A stretch of 64,000 nt of DNA, taken from an uncultured Gemmatimonadales bacterium (lineage in GTDB: Bacteria; Gemmatimonadota; Gemmatimonadetes; Longimicrobiales; Gaopeijiaceae). The stretch lies in assembly GCA_963823035.1 (NCBI GenBank), contig CAWGKG010000023.1, forward strand, positions 128,001 through 192,000. Reading direction: 5' to 3'. Of the stretch, positions 53,942-63,065 are shown one piece after another (position 1 is the stretch's first letter; every line of letters starts with the position of its first letter). Under the pieces are notes generated by a model. It saw nothing but the letters and a program-made list of their open reading frames with translations, made no database searches and was not told the DNA's origin. Made by a program: the position numbers and the translations under genes.

Positions 53942-54738
53942 ACGGCGTCGGTACGGGCGCAGCCGCACCCTGGCGCGTGCTGGTGGCCGACGACGATCCC
54001 GGCGCGCTCGCCACCGTGCGCGGGGCGCTCGCAGCCTGTGAGGACGTTCGCATCGTGGCCGAGGCGACCACCGGAGCCGACGTCGTGCGCCTCGTCCGAA
54101 GCACGTCCCCGGACCTGGCGATCCTCGACGTGCACATGCCCGAGGGCAACGGCCTCGACGTGGTCGCGGAGCTGGGCCCGGAGCGCATGCCGCCGGTGGT
54201 GTTCGTGACCGCCTTCGACCGCCACGCCGTCGAGGCCTTCGAGTTGCATGCCGTGGACTACGTCCTCAAGCCGTTCGATGACGAACGGCTGCGCGCGGCG
54301 GTGCGCCGCGCCGTCCGCCGGGTCAGGTTGGAGCGCACCGAGGAGATGGCGCGCTCCCTGGCCGGCCTCACCGCCTCCCTCGCCGACCCGCTCGGTGGCA
54401 CGGAGGGTGGCTCCGCTCCGCTGCGCCGGTTCGCGGTGCGTAGCGCGGACCGCGTTCGGCTCGTGAACGTCGACGACGTGGATTGGCTGGAGGCCTCCCG
54501 CAACTCCGTGCGCCTGCACGTGGGCGACGAGGCGCTCGAGGTGCGCGCCACGCTGAGCGGGACGCTCCAGCGCCTCGACCCGACGCGCTTCGTGCGCATC
54601 CACCGCTCGACGGCCGTGAACGTCGACAGGGTGGTCGAGATCCAGAGCTGGTTCGGTGGGGACTCCATCGCGCTCCTGCAGGACGGGACGCAGCTGCGGG
54701 TGAGCCGCACGTTCAAGGACGCGCTGCTCGGGGGCTGA
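53938..54738 (+). CDS. LytTR family response regulator
   Basis: ADDD, LDVHMP, VFVTAFD..AFE..AVDYVLKP; FVRIHRS..VSR. Confidence 0.93.
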   Translation: MNGVGTGAAAPWRVLVADDDPGALATVRGALAACEDVRIVAEATTGADVVRLVRSTSPDLAILDVHMPEGNGLDVVAELGPERMPPVVFVTAFDRHAVEAFELHAVDYVLKPFDDERLRAAVRRAVRRVRLERTEEMARSLAGLTASLADPLGGTEGGSAPLRRFAVRSADRVRLVNVDDVDWLEASRNSVRLHVGDEALEVRATLSGTLQRLDPTRFVRIHRSTAVNVDRVVEIQSWFGGDSIALLQDGTQLRVSRTFKDALLGG

Positions 54739-54748
54739 AGGCGAGCTC

Positions 54749-54803
54749 CACGGCTCGTCCCGGTCGGGACACGTCCCGGCCGGCGCGCTGCACGGTCTGT
54801 CCC
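54749..54803 (+). promoter_or_regulatory. Three imperfect direct repeats at 21-bp spacing (probable LytTR boxes)
   Basis: CACGGCTCGTCCC (54749), CACGTCCCGGCCG (54770), CACGGTCTGTCCC (54791). Confidence 0.6.
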
Positions 54804-54892
54804 ACCCCCGTCATCGACGCGCGGCCCGCCGGTATCCTCTCCCGGGTCGGCCCGCTACGGGCCCGAGCCGGGACCGAGCGAGAGGAGCGACG

Positions 54893-55570
54893 ATGCGGGG
54901 ACCGGGGGTGGGGGTGGGGCGTCGGGGGGCGGCGCGATCGGCAGCGCTCTGTGTCGCCGCCCTGGTCGGGCTGGCCGCCTGCTCGGGAGAGGACGCGCAG
55001 CCACTCGGCCCCAGCACCCCCCATCCGGACGCACGCACGCTCCGATGCACCCAGGAGTTCGGGGACACGGCGGCGTCCGCGTACGTCCTGCCCTTCCCGG
55101 TGGGCCGAACCTATCGGCTGATCCAGGGCTACTGCGCGCCGAATCCGACGTGGGGGCACCACGCGTGGCTCGCCTACGACTTCGACCTCTCGATCGGGGA
55201 CACGGTGGTCGCTTCACGGCCCGGCCACGTCCTCGCGGCGCGCGACTCCTTCGAGGACGGCTCCCGCGTCTGCGGGGAGGAGAACTACGTCTTCGTCGAG
55301 CATGAGGACGGGACGGTCATGGCCTACATCCACCTCACCCGGCACGGCGCGCTCGTCGGCCCGGGACAGGAGGTGGACGAGGGTGAGCCCATCGGCCTGA
55401 GCGGGGACAGCGGCTGCTCGAGCGGACCGCACCTGCACGTGGCGCTCTTCCGAGACCGCACGTCCTACGACGTCGAGAACAACATCCCCCTGAACTACCG
55501 CAGGGCCGCGGGGCCGCTGGACACGCGCCACGGCCTGATGCAGGGCCAGAGCTACACGGCACTCCCATGA
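54893..55570 (+). CDS. M23 family metallopeptidase lipoprotein
   Basis: LAAC lipobox; H...AYDF, VASRPG, Y.HL, SG.SG.S.GPHLH. Confidence 0.9.
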   Translation: MRGPGVGVGRRGAARSAALCVAALVGLAACSGEDAQPLGPSTPHPDARTLRCTQEFGDTAASAYVLPFPVGRTYRLIQGYCAPNPTWGHHAWLAYDFDLSIGDTVVASRPGHVLAARDSFEDGSRVCGEENYVFVEHEDGTVMAYIHLTRHGALVGPGQEVDEGEPIGLSGDSGCSSGPHLHVALFRDRTSYDVENNIPLNYRRAAGPLDTRHGLMQGQSYTALP

Positions 55571-56793
55571 GTCGAGCTGCGAGGTGGACGATGCGAGAAG
55601 CGATCCCGACGATCCGCACCCTGTGCGCCGCGACGGCGACGGTGGTCGCCGTGGGCGTCGCGGCCTGCGGGAGCGATGCGACGGGTCCCGGCGGCGGCCC
55701 CTCCCTCACGGTGTCCCCCCGCTCCACCGATCTCAGGCACCCCGGGGACACCCTCCGCCTCGCGCTCGCGGGCTCGGCGGCTTCCGGGGCGGCCACGTGG
55801 AGCACCTCCAACGCCCAGGTCCTGTCCGTTTCGTCGGACGGGCTGGTGGAGGCCACCGGCTATGGAACGGCGCTGGTGACCGCGAAGGTCGGGGAGGCGG
55901 AAGCCTCGGCGTCCATCCGCGTGGTGGGAGAGACCTCGATGAGCTTCCTGCAGGGCGCGTGGACCACGGACGACGAGCTGACCCCCGACGGCGTGACGGG
56001 CAGCGGCGCCGTGGTGGTCGTGAGCGACCAGGGGGCCCTGCGAGCCGTATGGCGCGGCACACTCCGGGGCGTGCCGGTGGAAGTCGTTTCGCTCGTGGCG
56101 GCGCGAGGGGCCGGATGGTCGCTCGCCCGCGCGGACGGCGTCCGGGGCACCTTCGCGCTCATGGACGGCACGCTCACACCCGGTCGCGTCGAGCTCGACT
56201 CGGGCGACCGTCTCGGCGGCGGATGGCGGGAGCGCGTCGTCCTCTCCGACTTCACGTCCTCCTCCTTCCGCTGGACGGTCGAAGAGTCCGAGGACGACGG
56301 CGCCACCTGGACCGCGCGCTGGAGGCAGCTCCTGCATCGCGCGGCGCCCACGGCGGCGCCGCCGGTCCTGGACACCCTCAGCCCCGCGTGCACGGCGAGC
56401 GAACACCGTGCGTTCGATTTCTGGCGTGGAAACTGGAGCGTGCGCGTCTCGTCGGGTGGCCTCGCCGGCACCAACCTCGTCCATCGGTTGGCCGGGTGCG
56501 GCATCCAGGAGAACTGGAGGGACGCCTCGAGCGGCGGCGGCATCAGCCTGAACATGTACGACCCGCGCAGCGACGCCTGGACGCAGTTCTACGTGGCGTC
56601 GACGGGCGGCTCCATCGAGCTGTCCGGTAGCCTGCACGGCGGCGCGATGGTGCTCCAGGGCCCTTCGGGCACCGTGGTGGATCGCATCACCTGGTCGGTC
56701 CTCGAAGACGGTCGCGTCCGCCAGCTCTGGGAGCGATCCACCGCGGGCGGAGCGTTCAGCACCTACTTCGACGGATACTACGAACGCCGGTGA
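55567..56793 (+). CDS. Lipoprotein with Big_2 domain and two DUF1579-like beta-barrel repeats
   Basis: VAAC lipobox; TWSTSNAQVLSVSSDGLV; SFLQGAW..ESEDDGATW and FDFWRGNW..WERSTAGG. Confidence 0.7.
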   Translation: MSRAARWTMREAIPTIRTLCAATATVVAVGVAACGSDATGPGGGPSLTVSPRSTDLRHPGDTLRLALAGSAASGAATWSTSNAQVLSVSSDGLVEATGYGTALVTAKVGEAEASASIRVVGETSMSFLQGAWTTDDELTPDGVTGSGAVVVVSDQGALRAVWRGTLRGVPVEVVSLVAARGAGWSLARADGVRGTFALMDGTLTPGRVELDSGDRLGGGWRERVVLSDFTSSSFRWTVEESEDDGATWTARWRQLLHRAAPTAAPPVLDTLSPACTASEHRAFDFWRGNWSVRVSSGGLAGTNLVHRLAGCGIQENWRDASSGGGISLNMYDPRSDAWTQFYVASTGGSIELSGSLHGGAMVLQGPSGTVVDRITWSVLEDGRVRQLWERSTAGGAFSTYFDGYYERR

Positions 56794-56816
56794 GCCCGCG
56801 GACCGGCATGAGGGGT

Positions 56817-56846
56817 TTGACGCCGACGCGACGGGACCGACATACT
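56817..56846 (+). promoter_or_regulatory. Candidate sigma70 promoter of the radical SAM operon
   Basis: TTGACG-18 nt-CATACT, followed by AGGAGG at 56861. Confidence 0.55.
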
Positions 56847-56871
56847 GGCGCGTCTCGATCAGGAGGTGGAC

Positions 56872-57669
56872 GTGCCGGCGATGAACGCGCAGCTCATGAC
56901 GACGACCGCGAAGGCGCGCTTCGAGCGCTCGTCCGGTCCCAAGCTCGGCAGGACCGCGCCGACCGGGCACTTCGCCCCTTCGAGCACGTCGCTCCGGACC
57001 CCGGCGCCGAGGTCGGTCGGCTCGATCGTACCCCCGGGCGGCCAAGCGGCCGCGGACTACGGCGCGCTGATCGACCCCATGTGTCGGGCGATTTGCGCGG
57101 GCCACGACCTGTGGCGCGTGCAGGCCTTCTTCAAGGGGATCAAGATCAACGGTCCCATCGCGACGGGCGGCACCCTGGAAGGCCCCGCGCTCGAACCCCT
57201 GCTGCGCAGCCAACTGGCCGCGACCGCCGGACGCGCGGCGACCGAGCCGGCCCTCGCGGCGGTCGTCGGAGCCCTCGGCGAGGCATGGGGCTTCTTCCAA
57301 CGCTCCGTCACCGTCCCCGGCCTCCCATGGTATCCGTCCTTCGCGGCCGTGCCCGGCCCGCAGGCGCCACCGACTCCGAACGTCCCCACGTCGCTCGCGG
57401 CCTGCACCTACGACGGCGCGACCTTCTCCGCGTCGCGGGTCGTGGACGGTATGAAGCGCCGGCTCACGAACCCCCCCGCGGATGTCACCTCCTTCTTCCA
57501 GGCGATCGCCGAGGGCTTCCAGACCGCCGTCGGCGTCTGGATCCCCGGCCAGCCGGTCAGCAACGTCATGGGCACCGGCCCGTGCCCGAACTTCGCGCCC
57601 CCCTACGTTCCGACCAGTCCCGTGATCGCGGGGGACACCCTCGGCACATCCGGTCACCTCAACGCCTGA
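56872..57669 (+). CDS. Hypothetical Pro/Gly/Ala-rich protein
   Basis: Clean ORF with strong RBS (start GTG 56872 or ATG 56881); VPGLPWYPSFAAVPGPQAPPTPNVP and VMGTGPCPNFAPPYVP; no domain recognised. Confidence 0.8.
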   Translation: MPAMNAQLMTTTAKARFERSSGPKLGRTAPTGHFAPSSTSLRTPAPRSVGSIVPPGGQAAADYGALIDPMCRAICAGHDLWRVQAFFKGIKINGPIATGGTLEGPALEPLLRSQLAATAGRAATEPALAAVVGALGEAWGFFQRSVTVPGLPWYPSFAAVPGPQAPPTPNVPTSLAACTYDGATFSASRVVDGMKRRLTNPPADVTSFFQAIAEGFQTAVGVWIPGQPVSNVMGTGPCPNFAPPYVPTSPVIAGDTLGTSGHLNA

Positions 57670-57682
57670 GGCGCCGAGTCCC

Positions 57683-59161
57683 GTGCCGCGCGTCCTCCTG
57701 ATCAACCCCCCCTCACCCGAACGGTTGGGCGCACCCCTGCTGGGCCTGCAGTACGTTGCCTCGGCCCTGCTCCAGCGGGGCTGTGAGGTACGCGTCATCG
57801 ACGCCGCCGCCCGCTACTTCGACCACGACCACGACTGGATCCTGGACGAGGCGGCGGCCTTCGAGGCGGACATGATCGGTGTCGGCCTCTTCACCCGCTG
57901 GGTCTGGCACGCGTATCGGCTCGCCGATGCGCTCCGCGGCTGCGGCCCGTTGCTGGTCGCGGGCGGAGCCCACACCACCGTTCGGGCGGACGAAGCCCTG
58001 GCGCACGGATTCGACGTCGCGGTGATCGGCGAGGGGGAGCGGACGGTCGTGGGGTTGGCCGAGCACCTGACCGGCCGCACGCGACTCGACGAGATCCCCG
58101 GCATCCGTTTCCGCGGTCCCGACGGCGCCGTCCACGGAACGGCACCCGCCGCGCCCCTCGCGGACCTCGACGCGCTGCCGATGCCGCTCGAGGCGCAGCA
58201 TCTCTTCCGGCGTGCATGGTACGCGCCGGGCGGCGGCGAGGTGATCCCCGGCGGCATGCTCACGAGCCGGGGATGTCCGGCGCGCTGCACCTTCTGCGCG
58301 AACTACGTGACGGGTCGTGGCTTCCGCTTCCACTCGGCGGAACGCGTGATCGAGGAGCTCAACCTCTACCACGCCCGCTACGGCGCCCGCTTCTTCCCCT
58401 TCTGGGACGACGCGCTCACCGCGCACCGGCCGCGGCTGGTGGAGCTGTGCGACGTCATGGCCGAAGGCGTGGACTTCCCGCTGCGCTGGAGCGCGATCAC
58501 GCGCGCGAACATGGTCACGCCCGAGTTGCTCCGCACCATGAAGGGCGCCGGGCTCGTGGCGGTGAACTTCGGCGTCGAGAGTGGCGACGACGAGATCCTG
58601 CGGGCGATCAAGAAGGGCGTGACCACCGACCGCGTGGTGCGCGCGCTCGAGTGGGCCAAGGAGGCCGGCCTCTACACCGCCTGCAACTTCATGCTCGGCT
58701 TTCCGCAGGAGTCGGAGGAGGCGCTCGAGCGCACCCTGCGCTTCATGGAGCGCATCGCGCCGATGGTGGACAGCTTCAGCACGCTCGGGGTGGTCGTCCC
58801 CTTCCCCGGCACGCCGCTCTACGACGCGTATCACGAGCGCTTCGGGTTCACCGACTGGTGGCTGCGCGAGGACCACAGCCACTACGAGGCGTCGCCGCCC
58901 GTCACGGACTTCGACCGCTTCTACCGCCACTACATCGACGACGCCAACCTCGACCTCGACTTCTTCCGCTACACACCGGGGCTGCGGACCCTCATCCGCA
59001 CGTGCCTGAAGTTCAAGGCGGAGCACAACCTGGCGCGCATGGGGCTGCTCGCGGATCCCGTCTTCCGCTCCGGCCCCACGGAGCTGTTCGACGCACCGCT
59101 GCCGGCCCTCCCCGAGGCGGCGCCCATGGCGCCGCCCGGTCGGGCGCCGACCCGGGCGTGA
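57683..59161 (+). CDS. Cobalamin-binding radical SAM enzyme
   Basis: LGLQYVASAL, AGGAHTT, GEGE (B12 domain); TSRGCPARCTFC (CxxxCxxC), GVESG, PFPGTPLY. Confidence 0.93.
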   Translation: MPRVLLINPPSPERLGAPLLGLQYVASALLQRGCEVRVIDAAARYFDHDHDWILDEAAAFEADMIGVGLFTRWVWHAYRLADALRGCGPLLVAGGAHTTVRADEALAHGFDVAVIGEGERTVVGLAEHLTGRTRLDEIPGIRFRGPDGAVHGTAPAAPLADLDALPMPLEAQHLFRRAWYAPGGGEVIPGGMLTSRGCPARCTFCANYVTGRGFRFHSAERVIEELNLYHARYGARFFPFWDDALTAHRPRLVELCDVMAEGVDFPLRWSAITRANMVTPELLRTMKGAGLVAVNFGVESGDDEILRAIKKGVTTDRVVRALEWAKEAGLYTACNFMLGFPQESEEALERTLRFMERIAPMVDSFSTLGVVVPFPGTPLYDAYHERFGFTDWWLREDHSHYEASPPVTDFDRFYRHYIDDANLDLDFFRYTPGLRTLIRTCLKFKAEHNLARMGLLADPVFRSGPTELFDAPLPALPEAAPMAPPGRAPTRA

Positions 59162-59967
59162 GCGCCGGTCCCATCGGCTGGGGCCACCCGGACACCGCGC
59201 GCTACTACGCCCTCTTCCAGCGCCGCTTCGCACGCTACCGGCAGGCGAATCGCAAGCTGGTCGCGCACGCGCGCCTCGGGTCCGGGATGCGCATCCTGGA
59301 CCTGGCGGCCGGAGACGGAGGGACCGCGTCCGCTGCCCTCGCGCGGCTCGGTGCCGCGGGGCGGGCCGTCTGCTTCGAGCCGGCGCCGGCGATGCGAGCG
59401 CTGGGCGAACGCACCCTGCGCGACGCGCGCGTGCGCTGGACCGCCGCGTGGCCCGGGCCCGGCGAGCGCTTCGATCGTGTCCTGTGCGGTGCCGCGATCT
59501 GGCAGATGCTCCCGCTCGGTGAGACGTTCGCGCGGATCTTCAAGCTGCTTCGCCCGGGCGGCTGCCTGTGCTTCGACGTGCCGGCGCTCTACCTCGGAGA
59601 GCCCGACGAGCCCGGCGGGGGTCGCGATCCGAGGCTCCTCGAGCTTCCCGCCGCGCTGTGGACGGCCGCGGGCGAGCCGGCACCGGGTCCGACGGCTTCG
59701 CCCGCTCGCCCTCCGGACGCGAACGGTGTGGACGCCGCGCTGGACACGGCCGGGTTCAGGGCCGCCCGCTGGAGCTTCCGGACCCGCCTGGGGCAACGCG
59801 CCTACCGAGCCTGGCTCAAGATCCCACCTACCACCGACCACCTCCTCCTGGGGCTCTCGGCCGACGAGCGCGCCGAGCGGGTCGATCGCGCGTTCGCGTC
59901 CGTGGACGCCTCGTCCTGGCGATGGGAGCGTTGGCGGGGGTGGACCGCGTGGAGGCCTGCGGCGTGA
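59158..59967 (+). CDS. Class I SAM-dependent methyltransferase
   Basis: ILDLAAGDGG, FEP...M, FDRVLC, LLRPGG; GTGA overlap with the radical SAM gene. Confidence 0.85.
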   Translation: MSAGPIGWGHPDTARYYALFQRRFARYRQANRKLVAHARLGSGMRILDLAAGDGGTASAALARLGAAGRAVCFEPAPAMRALGERTLRDARVRWTAAWPGPGERFDRVLCGAAIWQMLPLGETFARIFKLLRPGGCLCFDVPALYLGEPDEPGGGRDPRLLELPAALWTAAGEPAPGPTASPARPPDANGVDAALDTAGFRAARWSFRTRLGQRAYRAWLKIPPTTDHLLLGLSADERAERVDRAFASVDASSWRWERWRGWTAWRPAA

Positions 59968-60704
59968 GCGAGACCCTGCGCCTGGAGGAGCTGCGCGACA
60001 CGCCCTGGCAACGGGCGGACGCCGAGGGCCTCCGCGGCGAGGCCGACCGGTACGGGTGCCTCCTCCTCCGCGGGCTGCTTCCTTCCGCCGATGTCCTGGC
60101 GCTGCGGATGCGCGTCGTGGAAGCCTGTGCCGCGCTCGGATGGCTCGATGACGCGGCGCCGGCGGCGGCCGCCGTGGCCCGCGCCGGCGCGAGCGCCGGC
60201 GCGTACGACGAGGCATGGACCGAGCTGCAGCGCCGCGTCGCACCCCTGCCGGAGTTCGCGCGCCTTCGCGAACACCCCGCCATCGCGGGCGTTCTGGAGA
60301 CCATCTTCCCGGGCCCCGTGCGTACCGGCCGCGGGGACACGTGTCGCGTCTTCGCGCCCGGCCGCCCGGAGCTGACCACCCTCCCCCACCAGGATCACTT
60401 CTACGTGCGCGGGAGCGCCGCCCTCTGGACGGTGTGGATCCCGCTCGGGGACTGTCCCCGAGCGCTGGGCGGGCTGGCCGTCTTGCCCGGCTCGCATCGC
60501 GACGGTCTCCTCCCCCATGCCGGCGAGGGCTCGGGGCGGCAGGGCATCGAGGTCGGACCCGACGTCGTCTGGGCCGCCGCCGACTACCGGTGCGGGGACG
60601 TCCTGGCGTTCAACAGCCTGACGCTGCACCGAGCGCTGGAGAACCGCACCGCGGATCGTCTGCGCCTCTCGGCCGACTTCCGCTACGACCCGGGGAACCT
60701 CTAG
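59964..60704 (+). CDS. PhyH-family Fe(II)/2-oxoglutarate dioxygenase
   Basis: PHQD, TVWIPLGD..GGL..LPGSH, GDVLAF..TLH..N..RLS.D.RY; GTGA overlap. Confidence 0.92.
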   Translation: MSETLRLEELRDTPWQRADAEGLRGEADRYGCLLLRGLLPSADVLALRMRVVEACAALGWLDDAAPAAAAVARAGASAGAYDEAWTELQRRVAPLPEFARLREHPAIAGVLETIFPGPVRTGRGDTCRVFAPGRPELTTLPHQDHFYVRGSAALWTVWIPLGDCPRALGGLAVLPGSHRDGLLPHAGEGSGRQGIEVGPDVVWAAADYRCGDVLAFNSLTLHRALENRTADRLRLSADFRYDPGNL

Positions 60705-60812
60705 GGGAGCTCCTGGCTGCACACCGCCGCCCGCAGGCGGTGGTCCGAGGAGATCCGAGCGCAGCGCTTCCCCGGGCTCTGGGGGCAGGTGGCTCCACCA
60801 CCGTGGGCCAGC

Positions 60813-62570
60813 CTAGCCCGCACGCGCCAGCGGCGCCCTCCCCGCTCCCTCGTCCACCACGAAGCGGAACCGGCCCACCAGCTCGCCGAGGTCGACGGCC
60901 ATGCGCTCGAGCTTCGAGAGCGATTCCAACGCGTGCGTTACGCCTTCCGAGGTGCTCTCCGCCGAGACCGCCACGGTCTCGATGGTGGAGGTGATCTGCT
61001 CGGAGGCCCCCGCCGCTTCGGCCAGGTTGCGGCCGATCTCCTGCGTGGTCGCCGTCTGCTCCTCGACGGCCGCCGCGATGGTCTCCTGGATGTGGTCGAT
61101 CTCCGTGATGATGCGAGAGATGTCCCGGAGAGACTCGACGGCCGCGGCACTGTCCGCCTGGATCGCGGTGACCTTGTCCGCGATCTCCTGAGCAGCCTTG
61201 GCGCTCTGCGCCGCCAGCTCCTTCACCTCGGTCGCCACCACGGCGAAGCCCTTGCCGGCGTCTCCGGCCCGGGCCGCCTCGATCGTCGCGTTCAGCGCGA
61301 GCAGATTGGTCTTTTCCGCGATCGAGGCGATGACCTCCACCACGGACCCGATCTGGACGCTGCTGACGCCGAGCGCCTCCATCCCCGCGTTGGTCCGGTT
61401 CGCCACGGCGACGGCGTTGCGCGCCACTTCGGCGGCGTGTGCTGCGCTGCGCGCGATCTCCTTCACCGACACCGTCATCTCCTCGGTGGCCGCGGACACA
61501 CTGCGCACGCTGTCGCTCACCAGCGTCGCGGCACCGGACGCCTCGCGCGCCCGATTGCGCGTCTCGGACGACTCCCGACCGATACGGTCGGTCACCCCCG
61601 AGATCTCCCCCGAGGCGCTGCTCAGCGTGGTCGCGCTCGAGGACACCTGGGCGATGCTGCTCCTCAGGTTGATGAGCAGCTGGTTGAGCCCGCCTGCCAC
61701 CTGATCCACCGCGCCCTCTCCGGCGATCTCCATGGACCCTGTCAGGTCTCCCTGTGAAGCGAGCTCGACCACGCTCAGGATCGCGTCCACCTTGCGCTGG
61801 TTGGCCTGTGCCTCCCCGCGCTCACGCTCGACCCGCTCCGCCTCGGCGGCCTGCAAGCGAGCCTCGCGGCGACGTTGCTCGGGGATCTCGTCCCAATTGA
61901 CCTGATCGGCCTCCAGGGCTCCGCGGATCCCCACGATCGTGCGATTCAGCGCGCGGGACATCTGTCCCACCTCGTCCTGCCGATCCGTTTCGGGCAGCTC
62001 CTCGAGCCGCCCGTCCGCGAGCGCGTGGATCTGCTTCACGGCCTTCTGGATGGGTCGCACGATCAGACCCGCCAGCCAGAGCGCGGCAACGACGCCGAGT
62101 GCCACCAGGCTCAACGCCACGCCAACCGCCACCAGCAGGCTCCTGCGCTGGCTGGCGGCCATGCGCGCCGTCGACGCGCCGACATAGACCTTCCCCGTCA
62201 GCGCCTCCGACTCGACGCCTGCGTCCCGAACGACCAGGGTATCCGTGGCGAGAAGCTCGTCGCCCAGCACGAGATCCTGCGGGAACGAGGCGAGCTTCTC
62301 GCCGTCGCTCTCGAGGTAGACGAAGCGGACGTCGGAGTTCGCACGCGCGAACTCCATCGACTTCTGTACGCCCGACAGGTCCCCGGTCTCCATGCCGATG
62401 GAGATGCCCAGCGCCACGGTCTGCGCCATGGAGTAGACCTCCTGACCGAAGCTCTCCACCTGGAGTCGACGCTGCTGCGCCGGAAAGAACGAAGCCGCGA
62501 AGACCCCGTTGACCACCACGAGCGCGACGATGGTTCCGAGCAGCTTGGTACGAATGGACAACGACTTCAT
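60813..62570 (-). CDS. Methyl-accepting chemotaxis protein
   Basis: Two TMs flanking a short periplasmic domain, HAMP (DEVGQM), [35 protein letters not shown]. Confidence 0.96.
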   Translation of the reverse strand: MKSLSIRTKLLGTIVALVVVNGVFAASFFPAQQRRLQVESFGQEVYSMAQTVALGISIGMETGDLSGVQKSMEFARANSDVRFVYLESDGEKLASFPQDLVLGDELLATDTLVVRDAGVESEALTGKVYVGASTARMAASQRRSLLVAVGVALSLVALGVVAALWLAGLIVRPIQKAVKQIHALADGRLEELPETDRQDEVGQMSRALNRTIVGIRGALEADQVNWDEIPEQRRREARLQAAEAERVERERGEAQANQRKVDAILSVVELASQGDLTGSMEIAGEGAVDQVAGGLNQLLINLRSSIAQVSSSATTLSSASGEISGVTDRIGRESSETRNRAREASGAATLVSDSVRSVSAATEEMTVSVKEIARSAAHAAEVARNAVAVANRTNAGMEALGVSSVQIGSVVEVIASIAEKTNLLALNATIEAARAGDAGKGFAVVATEVKELAAQSAKAAQEIADKVTAIQADSAAAVESLRDISRIITEIDHIQETIAAAVEEQTATTQEIGRNLAEAAGASEQITSTIETVAVSAESTSEGVTHALESLSKLERMAVDLGELVGRFRFVVDEGAGRAPLARAG

Positions 62571-62584
62571 GGTCGGGGCGCCTC

Positions 62585-63028
62585 CTATGGGATCCGGACG
62601 AGTTCCTTCACGCTCGCGTCCAGGCTTGAGGTGGCGATGTACCCGATGCTCCCGGGCAGCCGCGCGACGGCCGCCTTGACCTCCGCGTCGGACCCTCCCT
62701 GTTCGGGCTTGGGAATCTGTCCCGAGAGCAGGAGCGCGGTCAGCGCCTTGCGGACCTGCGCGGGGCCCTTCTTCAGGACTTCATCATAGAACACCTTGCC
62801 CACGTCGCTCCCGGACTGGTCGACCAGCTGCACCTTCGAGCCGTCGGACCAGCTCGTGACCTGTCCCGAGAACATGCGCGCCACCGCGTCGCGGTCGGCG
62901 GTCGCCGACGAGCCGGCCGCCACCACGACACTGATCTGGGCGTTGGCCCTCCCGGGGAGGGTCGCGATCAACAGGCCGGCCAACGCCGTGACCAGGCTCC
63001 GGCCGACGATTCCTTTCCTGGTGCTCAT
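62585..63028 (-). CDS. Small periplasmic PBP/PstS-like protein (single-lobe size)
   Basis: Signal peptide ending [20 protein letters not shown]...VA..PGSIGYI. Confidence 0.8.
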   Translation of the reverse strand: MSTRKGIVGRSLVTALAGLLIATLPGRANAQISVVVAAGSSATADRDAVARMFSGQVTSWSDGSKVQLVDQSGSDVGKVFYDEVLKKGPAQVRKALTALLLSGQIPKPEQGGSDAEVKAAVARLPGSIGYIATSSLDASVKELVRIP

Positions 63029-63065
63029 CGCATCTATCTCCGTCTGGGAGTCCGTACGGCCGGGC

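Noticed and set aside
62585..63028. pstS phosphate transporter subunit
   Set aside because: About half the size of PstS and no pstCAB adjacent.
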